Virus record (IMG/VR): IMGVR_UViG_3300020403_004398
Span: 13,013 to 77,012 of that record
Direction: 5' to 3' (one strand)
DNA from: a virus
Lineage: Duplodnaviria; Caudoviricetes
DNA length: 64,000 nt
Below, one piece after another: positions 9,603 to 20,100 of the stretch. The number at the start of each line of letters is the position of its first letter. The first letter of the stretch is position 1. Made by a program: the position numbers and the translations under genes. The notes beneath the pieces were generated by a model. It was not told the DNA's origin. It ran no database searches and saw only the letters and a list, made by a program, of their open reading frames with translations.

Positions 9603-10583
9603 ATGAGACCGAAGACTGCACTCATAACAGGAATCACCGGTCAAGATGGTTCGTATTTAAGTGAATTTCTCTTAAAGAAAGGCTACAAAGTAATAGGCTT
9701 AAAAAGAAGATCATCCTCTTTTAACACGGAAAGAGTAGACCATATATATGGCCACCCCAGGTTTCACATGGAGTTTTTTGACTTAAACTGTGCAGGAAGC
9801 ATATGGAGACTTATCAATAAATATCAGCCTGACGAATTCTACAATTTAGCAGCACAATCTCACGTGAGAGTTTCATTCGACATTCCAGAAAATACTGTTG
9901 ATGGGATTGCTCTGGGTACAATGAGGATTATGAACGCCATAAGAGAAATAAAACCAAAGTGTAGATTTTATCAAGCAAGTTCCTCAGAGATGTTTGGAGA
10001 CAATCCAGAATTTCCACAAAGCGAAAACACTAACTTTCACCCTGCCTCTCCTTATGCTTGCGCTAAGCTTTTCGCGCATAATCTAGTTAACAACTATAGA
10101 GAAAGTTATAACCTTCATGCTTCATCTGGTATATTATTTAATCACGAATCCCCACGACGTGGTGAGACTTTTGTGACTAGAAAAATAACTCTGGCTGCAG
10201 CCAGAATAAAACTAGGCTTGCAGAAACAAATTTACCTAGGAAACCTCGATGCGAAAAGAGACTGGGGCTTCGCCGGAGATTATGTTGAAGCAATGTGGAT
10301 GATGTTGCAACAAGATCACCCGGATGATTATGTTATATCCACAGGGGAAACTCACACAGTAAGAGATTTCTTAGATGCAGTATTTGATCATGCAGGCTTG
10401 GATCCGGACAAGTTTTTGAAATCTGATCCTCGTCTCTTCAGGCCGCATGAAGTGCCCTTGTTGCAAGGAGACAGCACTAAAGCCAAACTTGCTTTAGGGT
10501 GGGAACCAAAAGTAAAATTTAAAGAATTAGCAATAATGATGTACGAGAGCGATCTCGAACAAGTAAAAAAGGAGATTAAGTAA
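9603..10583 (+). CDS. gmd: GDP-mannose 4,6-dehydratase
   Basis: [64 protein letters not shown]. Confidence 0.97.
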   Translation: MRPKTALITGITGQDGSYLSEFLLKKGYKVIGLKRRSSSFNTERVDHIYGHPRFHMEFFDLNCAGSIWRLINKYQPDEFYNLAAQSHVRVSFDIPENTVDGIALGTMRIMNAIREIKPKCRFYQASSSEMFGDNPEFPQSENTNFHPASPYACAKLFAHNLVNNYRESYNLHASSGILFNHESPRRGETFVTRKITLAAARIKLGLQKQIYLGNLDAKRDWGFAGDYVEAMWMMLQQDHPDDYVISTGETHTVRDFLDAVFDHAGLDPDKFLKSDPRLFRPHEVPLLQGDSTKAKLALGWEPKVKFKELAIMMYESDLEQVKKEIK

Positions 10584-10584
10584 A

Positions 10585-10803
10585 ATGAAGCTATCAAATC
10601 AAGCAATGGGAGCCATCATGATGGCTCTGCAGAAGTCATTATTAGAACAGTCGGATATAGTCCCAACACTAAGATCTTTTGTGTTTGAGGTGTCCGAAAC
10701 GGAGGAAGAAGAGTTAACAATTAAAAATCCTCCATGTTTTAAAATAGATGGGGAGATTTTCAACCCAGAACCTGAACACCCTCGCGCCGCGGGGTCTGAT
10801 TAG
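10585..10803 (+). CDS. Hypothetical protein
   Basis: 72-aa ORF with AGGAG upstream, coupled to the next gene by TAGTG. Confidence 0.7.
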   Translation: MKLSNQAMGAIMMALQKSLLEQSDIVPTLRSFVFEVSETEEEELTIKNPPCFKIDGEIFNPEPEHPRAAGSD

Positions 10804-11063
10804 TGCCAATTTATACATACAAGTGCGAGACTTGTAGAGAGATTTTTGATGTCCGGCACGGCATGTTTTTTGAAGGCCAGAGGTGTGTAAACCCAGAGTG
10901 CAGATCAGAACATGTGTTTAGGTTGCCGGCCCTTGCCGACACAAACATTAAAAACAAAACTTTTAGTAAAAGCAAAGTAGGTTCTGTTGTCGATAAGTAT
11001 ATAAAAGACGCAAAAGAAGAAATTAAAACAGAGAAAAAAAAGTTGAAATCGGAGGAGATGTAA
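10803..11063 (+). CDS. FmdB-like zinc-ribbon protein
   Basis: MPIYTYKCETC...CVNPEC pattern; GTG start. Confidence 0.7.
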   Translation: MPIYTYKCETCREIFDVRHGMFFEGQRCVNPECRSEHVFRLPALADTNIKNKTFSKSKVGSVVDKYIKDAKEEIKTEKKKLKSEEM

Positions 11064-11359
11064 TGTGGCTGTGGCTTTTTATATCAAGCGCTTTGTTGAA
11101 CCTGTTTTTGTTTCTGTACATAAGGTGGTTGTTGCAATCTTTGAGCTCAATCGGAGAAGAGGTACAGAAAGTGTACAGTATGGTATCTGATTTTGCTGCC
11201 CATACAAAGACAGTTCATGAGTTAGAAATGTTTTACGGCGATGAAACATTGAAAAAACTGATGATTCACGCTAATGAAATATCTCAAAGACTTGAAGAAA
11301 TAGATCTCTTAACAGATGAGGATGAAGATGTTGAAACAGAAATTGAAGAAACCACGTAG
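11063..11359 (+). CDS. Hypothetical membrane-anchored protein
   Basis: N-terminal hydrophobic helix, then coiled-coil and an acidic tail. TAATG coupling and GGAGG SD. Confidence 0.65.
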   Translation: MWLWLFISSALLNLFLFLYIRWLLQSLSSIGEEVQKVYSMVSDFAAHTKTVHELEMFYGDETLKKLMIHANEISQRLEEIDLLTDEDEDVETEIEETT

Positions 11360-12035
11360 AAAAAGAACCAAAAATAATTATTTCACTAAAGTACACGAAG
11401 AAGCGATCGTAAAGTATGCACTTTCAAGCTGCAGAAAAGAAAAGACAGATCTGTATGGAAAGTTGATACAGCCGGCTTTTGATGAAATGGTGAACAAAAT
11501 AATTTTTACATATAAATTCAATAACTTACCAAACATAGATTGTTTAAGAGATGACTGTAAAGTATGGCTTACAACGATATTAGATAAGTACGATCCAAAT
11601 AAGGGCTCAAAAGCTTTCTCTTATTTTTCTGTTGTCACAAAAAACTGGTTCATTCATAAGGTTAAAAAAAATTCAAAGAGAATAAAGAAAGAAGTTTCAT
11701 TCGAGGGTCTTGTCGAACGCGGCGGTCCGGGAGTCTTAGGCACTTCAGACAACACAATGAATTATGTTGACCAAAGAGAAGAAGCAGAGTTTTGGTCATG
11801 TTTGCTAGTCCAAGTAGACAGGTGGGATACAGGCAATCTGAAGGTGAACGAAAAAGCAGTTTTGGATGCAGTGAGGGTCTTATTGCACAATATAGAAGAT
11901 ATAGAAATTTTTAACAAAAAAGCAATTTATCTTTACTTAAGAGAACTCACAGGTTTAAACACAAAGCAGGTTGTAAACAATTTAAATAAACTTAGAGAAA
12001 AATACAGACTTTTTAAAACCAAGTGGGAAAAGTAA
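11316..12035 (+). CDS. Phage sigma factor, T4 gp55-like (late transcription)
   Basis: NNYFT, then LDKYDPNKGSKAFSYFSVVTKNWF resembling sigma region 2 (gp55 FDPEKS.NPFAYFTQI), and a C-terminal helix-turn-helix-like segment. Exact start uncertain. Confidence 0.65.
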   Translation: MRMKMLKQKLKKPRRKRTKNNYFTKVHEEAIVKYALSSCRKEKTDLYGKLIQPAFDEMVNKIIFTYKFNNLPNIDCLRDDCKVWLTTILDKYDPNKGSKAFSYFSVVTKNWFIHKVKKNSKRIKKEVSFEGLVERGGPGVLGTSDNTMNYVDQREEAEFWSCLLVQVDRWDTGNLKVNEKAVLDAVRVLLHNIEDIEIFNKKAIYLYLRELTGLNTKQVVNNLNKLREKYRLFKTKWEK

Positions 12036-12062
12036 TAAATTTTATTATTTTCTAATTATTTT

Positions 12063-12374
12063 ATGGCAAAAAACACACTAGAAGATTTTATCGAGCAGGC
12101 AACAAAAAACATTATCGATGACCGTGCTGCAACAAAATCATTATTAATGGGTATTATGAAGTACATGAAAATCGGTGACGAGCGTCATCGCGAAGTGGGA
12201 CTCATAGCAGCAAAATATTTAGAAACACTTCAGAGATCAAACGAACAACTAGTGAAATTAGCAACGTTGCGGCAAAAAGGCCAAGAAAAGAATCAAGGAA
12301 TCTCAGACCAAGATAAGCAAGAATTGTTTGATTTGATAAACGCAGAAAGCGAGGAAAACAAAAATGAATCATAA
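12063..12374 (+). CDS. Hypothetical helical protein
   Basis: 103-aa ORF starting 4 nt after a CTAATTA motif; no SD. Confidence 0.7.
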   Translation: MAKNTLEDFIEQATKNIIDDRAATKSLLMGIMKYMKIGDERHREVGLIAAKYLETLQRSNEQLVKLATLRQKGQEKNQGISDQDKQELFDLINAESEENKNES

Positions 12375-12939
12375 AGTCCCATCAAACAAAACCAGCGTTC
12401 AGGACCAAAGTAAACAGAGAAAAGGCTATAAAAACAAACTAAGAGACAAATTGAGAGCCATTTTAGACGACGCAAAGAAAAACCCCAGGACCGATAAAAA
12501 TAAAAACGGCCCTTTTTTTGGCCTAGTGTTGGATTCAAAACAACTAACAGTTGATGAGTTTGTTGAACTGTATGGGTCTAACAAGCCATTTAAAGAACAG
12601 ATTGTAGGAAAGAGGACAAAAGGAACAGTGCAAGAGGTGTCGGTACACGTTCCAGAAATCACAGGCGTTCTACCATTTCCAGATGACGAGTGGGCAGAGC
12701 TAAAAGACGAAGCTAACAAGATCTTGACCGGTGAAACACTGGCACAAGATGTATCAAAAGTTAAAGCCCTAATAACAAAGATTGAAAAAACAATAAATAT
12801 TATTTCTATGTATCCTAAATTTTATATTTACCAACAGGCAACAATAACACCAGATTCTTTGTGCCAAGTTAAATTTACAGACAATCTTGAATCTAAAGGC
12901 GCAGGAGAATTTATAAGCGTAAAAGAGCAGGTCTCTTAA
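12364..12939 (+). CDS. Hypothetical protein (possible baseplate-associated)
   Basis: 191-aa ORF in the series, with genome-typical composition. Function inferred from position only. Confidence 0.6.
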   Translation: MNHKVPSNKTSVQDQSKQRKGYKNKLRDKLRAILDDAKKNPRTDKNKNGPFFGLVLDSKQLTVDEFVELYGSNKPFKEQIVGKRTKGTVQEVSVHVPEITGVLPFPDDEWAELKDEANKILTGETLAQDVSKVKALITKIEKTINIISMYPKFYIYQQATITPDSLCQVKFTDNLESKGAGEFISVKEQVS

Positions 12940-12962
12940 AATTAAAAAAAAGAGGTTTAACG

Positions 12963-14090
12963 ATGTCCACAGGCAAAAAAATAGAAAAAAAGAATCATAT
13001 AAATTATAAGCCATATGAAAAAGCGAATGGAACAGGAAACAGTGTTTTACACGAGCCGGTACCCGAGTATCAAAAAATTCCAGGTGAAACAATCCTTCGA
13101 GCCAGTGACTTTAAAGGCGGAGTAGACAACAACACCATGATAATCATGGGCCGCTCTAGAAAACCCTTTAGAAAAAACAGAGAAGGCAAAAAGCTGGCAT
13201 TTGATGAGGATAAATTAAATGTGTCAGAGACGGGATTTGCCAGCCACATGGGCGCAGGAATGATGGACCTCGTCGTCGGCCGCGGCGCACCATATCCGGT
13301 AAAAGATCCTTTCAACCCAACCGGCGAACCGATTTCAGTTGCACCACCACGGTATTTGCCGCCATTATACATTTCCGAAGTTGATGCAAATATAAGAAAG
13401 AATGTAACTCTTTCCGACGAAAGTAAACACTCTGGATTGTTGATGGACGCGGCCCGGGTTTATATAAGTCAAATGTGCGACGTTGATTCTCTCTTTGAGA
13501 TACACAAAACCAAGAAAGACTCCCCAGTTCAGCTTGGTGCTTCATCCACTGTGGTTGTAAAAGCGGATAAACTTAGGTTTCATGCTCGTAGGGACATAAA
13601 GATTGTGGCTGGCGGAGACTCAATACGAGGCGCAACACTCAACCCTATAAACCCCGATGGCACTGATTCTAACGGCCACCGCATCGACGTCCGCGGATCA
13701 ATACATCTCATCGCCGGAAACGGAAAATATAGAAGCAAGAAAAACAAATTAGAAGAACAACAACCAATACCAAAAGGCGATAATCTTGTTTTGTGCCTGA
13801 AGGCACTAATGGCAGAAGTAAGGGCCCTTGGTGTTATTATGGGAAACGTAGTAAAGAATCAAAAACAACTTAATAAGGTTATGGCAAAATCACCTCAATA
13901 CACCGCAACCGGCGCCACCCTTGTCAGCCCATTCCTTGGTTTACAAGGAATGATTTCTTGCATTTCAGAGATGAAAGACATGTTACAGCTTTACAATCAG
14001 ACCACCGCAAATTCAGTAAGTTTTGAAGATAAATTTTTAGAAAAACACGGAGAGAACTATATTAACAGTAGATACAATACTACTAATTAA
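12963..14090 (+). CDS. Putative baseplate hub/spike-associated protein
   Basis: 375 aa with SD GAGG. Beta-rich segment VVVKADKLRFHARRDIKIVAG and location upstream of the gp25/gp6-like genes. Confidence 0.4.
   Translation: MSTGKKIEKKNHINYKPYEKANGTGNSVLHEPVPEYQKIPGETILRASDFKGGVDNNTMIIMGRSRKPFRKNREGKKLAFDEDKLNVSETGFASHMGAGMMDLVVGRGAPYPVKDPFNPTGEPISVAPPRYLPPLYISEVDANIRKNVTLSDESKHSGLLMDAARVYISQMCDVDSLFEIHKTKKDSPVQLGASSTVVVKADKLRFHARRDIKIVAGGDSIRGATLNPINPDGTDSNGHRIDVRGSIHLIAGNGKYRSKKNKLEEQQPIPKGDNLVLCLKALMAEVRALGVIMGNVVKNQKQLNKVMAKSPQYTATGATLVSPFLGLQGMISCISEMKDMLQLYNQTTANSVSFEDKFLEKHGENYINSRYNTTN
14082..14089 (+). promoter_or_regulatory. Putative late promoter ACTAATTA
   Basis: At the gene boundary just before the 2861-codon ORF. 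Confidence 0.4.
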
Positions 14091-14105
14091 TTGTTGACTA
14101 AGATC

Positions 14106-17100
14106 ATGGCAGAACCAGCAAGAGCTTTTAAATTAGAAATAACAATAGACGATAAAACTATTGCATTCGGACCTAGAAGTATTGGCCAAGTGGGCAGGGA
14201 TATATTGGCTATTAAGGTTGCTTTAGGTATTGTTCAGTCGCAAGAAGACATGCTGCAGGGAGTGGATGACCCGAATTCAGAGTCTAATGGCGCCTCGGGT
14301 TCCCCGACTATACCACTAGATAAACAGAATTGGTTTGAGTGTGGCACAGGATTGGGTATAGACATCCTCAAGGCATCCACTTATGATAATAGGCTGCACA
14401 ATGCTTTGATTAACTTTCAAATCAAAAATCAGTTTTTAATTGTATTATATTATTTTCAAAAATATGGAGTGAAAGAATTAATAAAAGTCAGTAAGGAAAA
14501 GTTTGGCCCGCGGCCAGATGAAGGAATGCCGGACTACCGAGCCAGATCAGAAAGTGGTATGATCAAAACAATAGAATCAGCCAGAATTCTTTTTGAGTCA
14601 GAGTTTCAAAGCTTAGGAGAGGCAACTATTGCTCTATTACACGGCTGGATGCCATACACTGTAGTCAGAAACGACGGTTACAATCACAACAATGTCTTCC
14701 GCAGTCCCGACTATGGGTCTGTGATGGTACTGGACCTGATTCCGGAAGCGCTAGGTTTGCAATTCGAGGCAGGTGATTTTGGCCAAACTTATCAAGATCT
14801 GGTTGATGATGAGCGCCTAGTGTTATACCCCCCAGAAAATCTTCCGCGACCAATTGCATACAGCGACCCAGCAGACCTAGAGTGGTACGAAAAACACACA
14901 CCTGAAAGCTTTAAATGGACCGGCCCAGCTAGAGCAGCAGCTGATGACGACTTAACAGCAAGATATGCTTCCATACACTGGAGATACGTTAGAGGAGGCT
15001 CTTCAAGGCTCTATAGAGCGTGTCAAAAGGTAGTGCAATATTCTTTTGAGGAAGCACCAGAAAGTTTGTTAACACCCGAAGAACGCGCCGCAAACCTCGA
15101 ACGGGCCTTTTATCCTGATCCTTTTGTAAACCCGGACCCCTTCATCATAAACAACACGCAGATAGGTTTTTTTGATGAGACAGAATTTTTACTAGCTCCG
15201 GATTCTGATTTGTTGCCAAATAACGATGAAGAAACAATACGGCGCCTAGAGGATATTGCCCTGACAAAAGTCTTAGACCATTATGGTAAGCCAGAAATAT
15301 GGAACTTTTATAAAAATGATCGAAGCTTTAATATCGCTTATTTCTTGGATTTAAATTCAGAAGATTTCAGTTTATCTCCTAACCACTCAGGACATTACCC
15401 TATAGACATGTCATACCCAGGTGAAAAGCTTTTAGAATATGAGCATCCAAAGTACACGGAATTAGTAGCCTTATTAGAAAAATATAAAAAAATGCTAAAG
15501 GATCATCTTGATCCTGATCAAGAAGAGTGGTACGGCGAGGCGCCTGAAGTTCTGCGAGATGCCGATGATGGTAACGATCTCCTATCCTCCGGCGCGCCAT
15601 ATTCTGAAAGATGGTTACAGGTAAAAGAAAAACTTGAAAGAGTCGTAGAGGCTCTACAGTTTCAGCTGCCGTATTTTTTTGGGAACAATCGGATCCAATT
15701 GCCTGGGATTGCAGATCTCTTTGAAACTCGCCGCGACGAAGTTTTGAACAGAAACATAAGATATCTTGAAGATCCTGACAAGAGATCGTTACTAGAAGCA
15801 ACAGATGAAGAAAAGAAAAAAGATTTTTGGGTGCTTTCTACTGATAAACATGTAGAATCTGATCGATCTCGGGACAAAGTTGAAACCTGGCGCACTGTAG
15901 AGGATGTCCCCGGTGTCGAGCCATTGATAAAATTTATAGAATATAGAACACCTTCGTTGCGACCCGGCCAAAAGTACAGAGCGTTTTTCAAAATAAACAA
16001 AGAAAAACTAGATCTAATATCTGACGGACTAGTTTTTCCGTTGGTTGTCGAAGAAGAGGAGCCAGCTGTAGAACAGCAGACTGAGGAATGTGCCGACCAA
16101 AACTCTGAACAATCCCTGAGAACGTACCAAGAATATCAAATTCATGCTCGTAAAAAAAGAAGAGAACTAGTAAGAAAAATTAGAAGCGAAGTGGCAAAAC
16201 AAAACACCCCTGGCCAAACAAAAATTGATCTTGGAACTTACGGTCCGTTTAATATGAATGAAGCTTTTCAGCCACTCGCGGGAACTGGCCCAATGAGCGA
16301 TTACGAATACACAAAAAAAGTACTCTCAACAACAGTCCAAGGAGCTGAAGCGTTGTGGGAAAGCACCTTTGGCTCGACCGAACTGGAAAGTCTAAATTCT
16401 TTAGTGGAAGAGTCTAACAATAAATTAACTTCGGACTCTCCAGAAGAAAATAAAATTGAAATATCTTTAAAAGAGTTAAAAGACAGAGTCAAGTCAGCAA
16501 GTAAAGATTTAAAAAAAGCAGCAGAAATAGTAAGAAAAGAACAGATACAATTCGCTCCAGGATCCAATTTTGATGGAGAAAATGAAGCATCAAAGCTGAG
16601 TCAAATTCCTGATCTATTGCGTAAACTGGCAGAATCAGCTGATTCTGCTCTTGCTGCTTGGCAAGATCAAAACATCAATATCGTTTTAGAATTTAAAACA
16701 ACTCGCCCACAATCAGGCGTCGCCGGCCCGAAAAACGGAAAGAAAATAACAAAATTGATTTTTCAAGCATTTGAAAAAAAGCCCTCAGAAATAAAATTTT
16801 TTGCTAAACCCAAATTGAAAAGCATTAACTCAGAGTCTCTTTTATTACGTCCTCGAACAATAAACTATTTAAACAAAATATATGAAATGACAGGCGGTAA
16901 AGAGTGGTATAAGCGCGCCTTCAATGTGGCTAACCAAAAGTCTGTTATTAGTGAGTATTTCTTGGACCCACGCGGCTCATGTAAGGAATTGGGAATAAAC
17001 CTCGACCAAACACTTGCAAGAAGCTACGTGGCAAATTATACCTCAGGCCTCTCAGTTATTGTCCCAGACGAAGAAAATCTTGGAGAAGCTTTCATTACGT

Positions 17101-20100
17101 GGGGAGGCAAGGCCTTCGTGGATCCTGTAATCAAATACGCTCGTCAAACTAGAGATAATTTTAATGAGGGTTTAAAAGACACATATGATGAAAAAAAGGC
17201 CCTCAGTCTTCTGGGGAAGCAGCTTGATTTAGATGAAATATATGACGGATTCATCAGTAAACTTAGTATAACATCTTTGTTGTGTGATTACATAAAATGC
17301 ATGAAGATTCCAGAGTTTGAAATAAAAGCTCCAAATCTGTATTTTCCGCCTCCGCCCCCAATACCTATTCTTGGGTGGTACGCCGGACTGTTTAAAGCAA
17401 TTAAAAACACTTGGCTAGACGCTATAAAAAGAATTATAATGACCTTTGTCAAGACTATAATTGATAAGCTTTCTTTTCCTTTTTGTGAAGATCAGCTAGC
17501 TGAATTCATCGCTGCCGGCTCCACTTCGAGTCCGCTCTTTAACCAGGCAGTAGTAGATTCTTTGATAAACACTGGTATCATGGCGAAGGATAAGGAAAAG
17601 GCAAAGACATTTTTTGACGAATCAGTTAACTTGTTAACTCCTCAAGAATTGTGCCACTTGTTCTCTGGAAAAGAAATAGATCCCGCTGGCATGTTAATGT
17701 TGCGCCAGCGTGTCGATTCTCTAGGTCTTGGGGACGATTTAGATTCTAACGAGGCTATTGAAAACTTTTTTGGAGTCATAGGTTCTTATGTTCCTTCAAA
17801 CATATGTGATGAATACTCAAGATTCTCAGATTTACCAGAGGTGGCATCTTGTGAGGAGACAACAGATCTATTGAGAGCAATTCGAAATCGATTGCAGACA
17901 GGAGACAGTACCCTAACGGAAGAAGAAATAGAGGCAGTGATACAACAGGCAAAAGACAATTTAGAAAGCTCTAGGGCTTCTTTGCAGGCATTGACATCTG
18001 AAGACGTTTCTTCGCTGGCTCCCACAATGTATGGTATAGGGGACAAAACGGCAGCAATATCAGATTTCCCTAAGTTTCTAAAGGACGAGCTAGAAAACAC
18101 AAACAAAACTGTTTTTTCTTCTGCGAAACTTTCGTATATCTCCGCTTTAAATTTTTATATTCCTGCAATGGCGATGACATTGCCCGATGCTCCGAAAGCA
18201 GGAGATAGCTCTTACAGTGAGCATGATGTTTTGGAAATGGAATCTATTTTAGAAACCTTACAAAGGTACACTCAATTGGTAGCTTCAGAGAACCCCACAA
18301 CAGATGACGGCCTGAACAGGGAAGATCTCGAAGCGGCAATAGATGAGGCAGAACGCTGGCTAGCGGCTTTTAAAGCAGGCCGAGCAGTGACAGTTACAAT
18401 GCCTGATGAAAGTGGTAATATGCTGACTTCTCGAATAGAGGTTAGGATTGTTTGCCCTGACTCTAGCGGGGAAGTGCAGTTTATGACATACAATGAACTC
18501 ACGGCCGAAATGCGCTTGTTGCGTCCGGGTCGACAAGAATACCCGGATGGCGAAGTCCATGACAACCCGGTGCTCACGGATGAAACCGCGCCAATTTTTA
18601 ACTCTATGCATACCGCACTGAGTACTCTGGATGCTATACCAGAGTTTCAGCAAAAACTCGCCCGCCGCACTGATATGGGCCGGCGCCTCAGGGATCTCGC
18701 CATTGCCCCCGACCCGGGCGAGATCTTTTTTCGTCGAGCGCAAGTATTGCACACTCTTTATGAAGTAACCGAACGAAAAAAAGGAGGTAATCCTGATAAT
18801 TGGCATTATGTCCACAGGTTTAAGCAGGTCTCTAACAACCCAGAAGACACTACTTTAAACGGTGGTGCATTCGCGAATCCATCCGGAACTGAATATACAT
18901 ACGATGAGTTTATAGAGCAAAGCCGAAACGTACGACCAGATCAGAGCTTCAATCCTAGATTGTCCGTCTTTGAAGATGCGGATAAAAGATTTTCTTTAGT
19001 CAGGTTTTACCCCCCACTGGTCACCAGGGCCATCTCACCCGGCCGCGCGCTGAATGAAGATCGCATGGAAGAGGAACACGCTGAAGCGCTGGCACTCTTT
19101 GCAAATGTTTCAGCTGCCGGCATACCAGCCGAGGATAAATTTATTTCAGATAGATTAAACTTCCTCTCAACACGACTAACAGAAATTTTGCAAAGAAGAT
19201 TAGACGCGAAAACAAGTGTTCACTTGCCAGTCGTCCGTGATATTTTTAATAGAACACTTGAACGCGCGCGCGAAAATATTAATGCAGACGCTGACCCAGA
19301 AGGCCTTGGAATAAGAGGTAGCAATCAAATATATTTTGATTTTCAATCTGATGCATATAAGCCAAAAATGCACATGACAGAGTTTCTGGATCCAGACGGA
19401 CCCCCCGGTGTTGATAAATACAAAATAACAACTCAAGAAGACTTCTTTATAGGCCACCGACAAGGCGACGCCAACGCCACTAAGACGTGGGAGTATTGCG
19501 AAAAGCTTCCGGAGGGCTTAGTGGAAAATAATTCCGAACCAGATGTTTTGCCAAAAAGAGAAGGATTTGCAAATATGGCACTAGACGCTATATCTACTGT
19601 TATACCAAACTTCCGTGCACTTAACCAATCAAGGGCAGTAAAGAGGGGATTCTACGGAGAAACCTATAAAGGCACCTTTGAAAGCGTCATGGAAAATGTT
19701 TTGTTTTCATTAGGCTCATCACCAATGTTTGAAGAACAATACGCATCTGATATTTCAAAAAGAATTTCAGGTAAGCTCTTGAGAGATTTTAATTGCGTGA
19801 CGAACAGGTATAACTTGGGCTCTGAATCTATACTTTCTTTCGAAAAAGTAATCTTGGGAGATACCATGTCGGAAGTAATGAAAATGATGTCAAAGTCAGA
19901 AAACAACCCAGTTTTTCAAGATTTTAACTCACCGGGTCCGTATGACCAGGCACTACAAGCAATTGCTATCAAGGCACTTGTTAGATTGTGTTTGATAGAT
20001 TTGTTACTCAAAGGAGGGCTTGCTTATGCAGTTTGGGACATAGAACCGGTTTTAGGTGACAGATTCTTTTTGGATTACGCCGTGACACATGTCAAGGTAG

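Noticed and set aside
9597-9605. fcl stop TAG followed in frame by GCG-ATG of gmd (possible readthrough fusion or TAG recoding)
   Set aside because: gmd has its own AGGAG SD, the in-frame arrangement has a 1-in-3 chance, and TAG ends several other genes normally.
1-10583. Eukaryotic giant virus (NCLDV) or bacterial O-antigen locus as the source of the window
   Set aside because: T4-like terminase, portal, protease and baseplate genes plus SD usage indicate a tailed phage; no wzx, wzy or chromosomal housekeeping genes are visible.
14088-14108. ORF 12963-14090 abuts the 2861-codon ORF in frame (TAA-TTG)
   Set aside because: TAA is rarely read through, the TTG is just the first possible start after the stop, and a promoter-like motif overlaps the junction.
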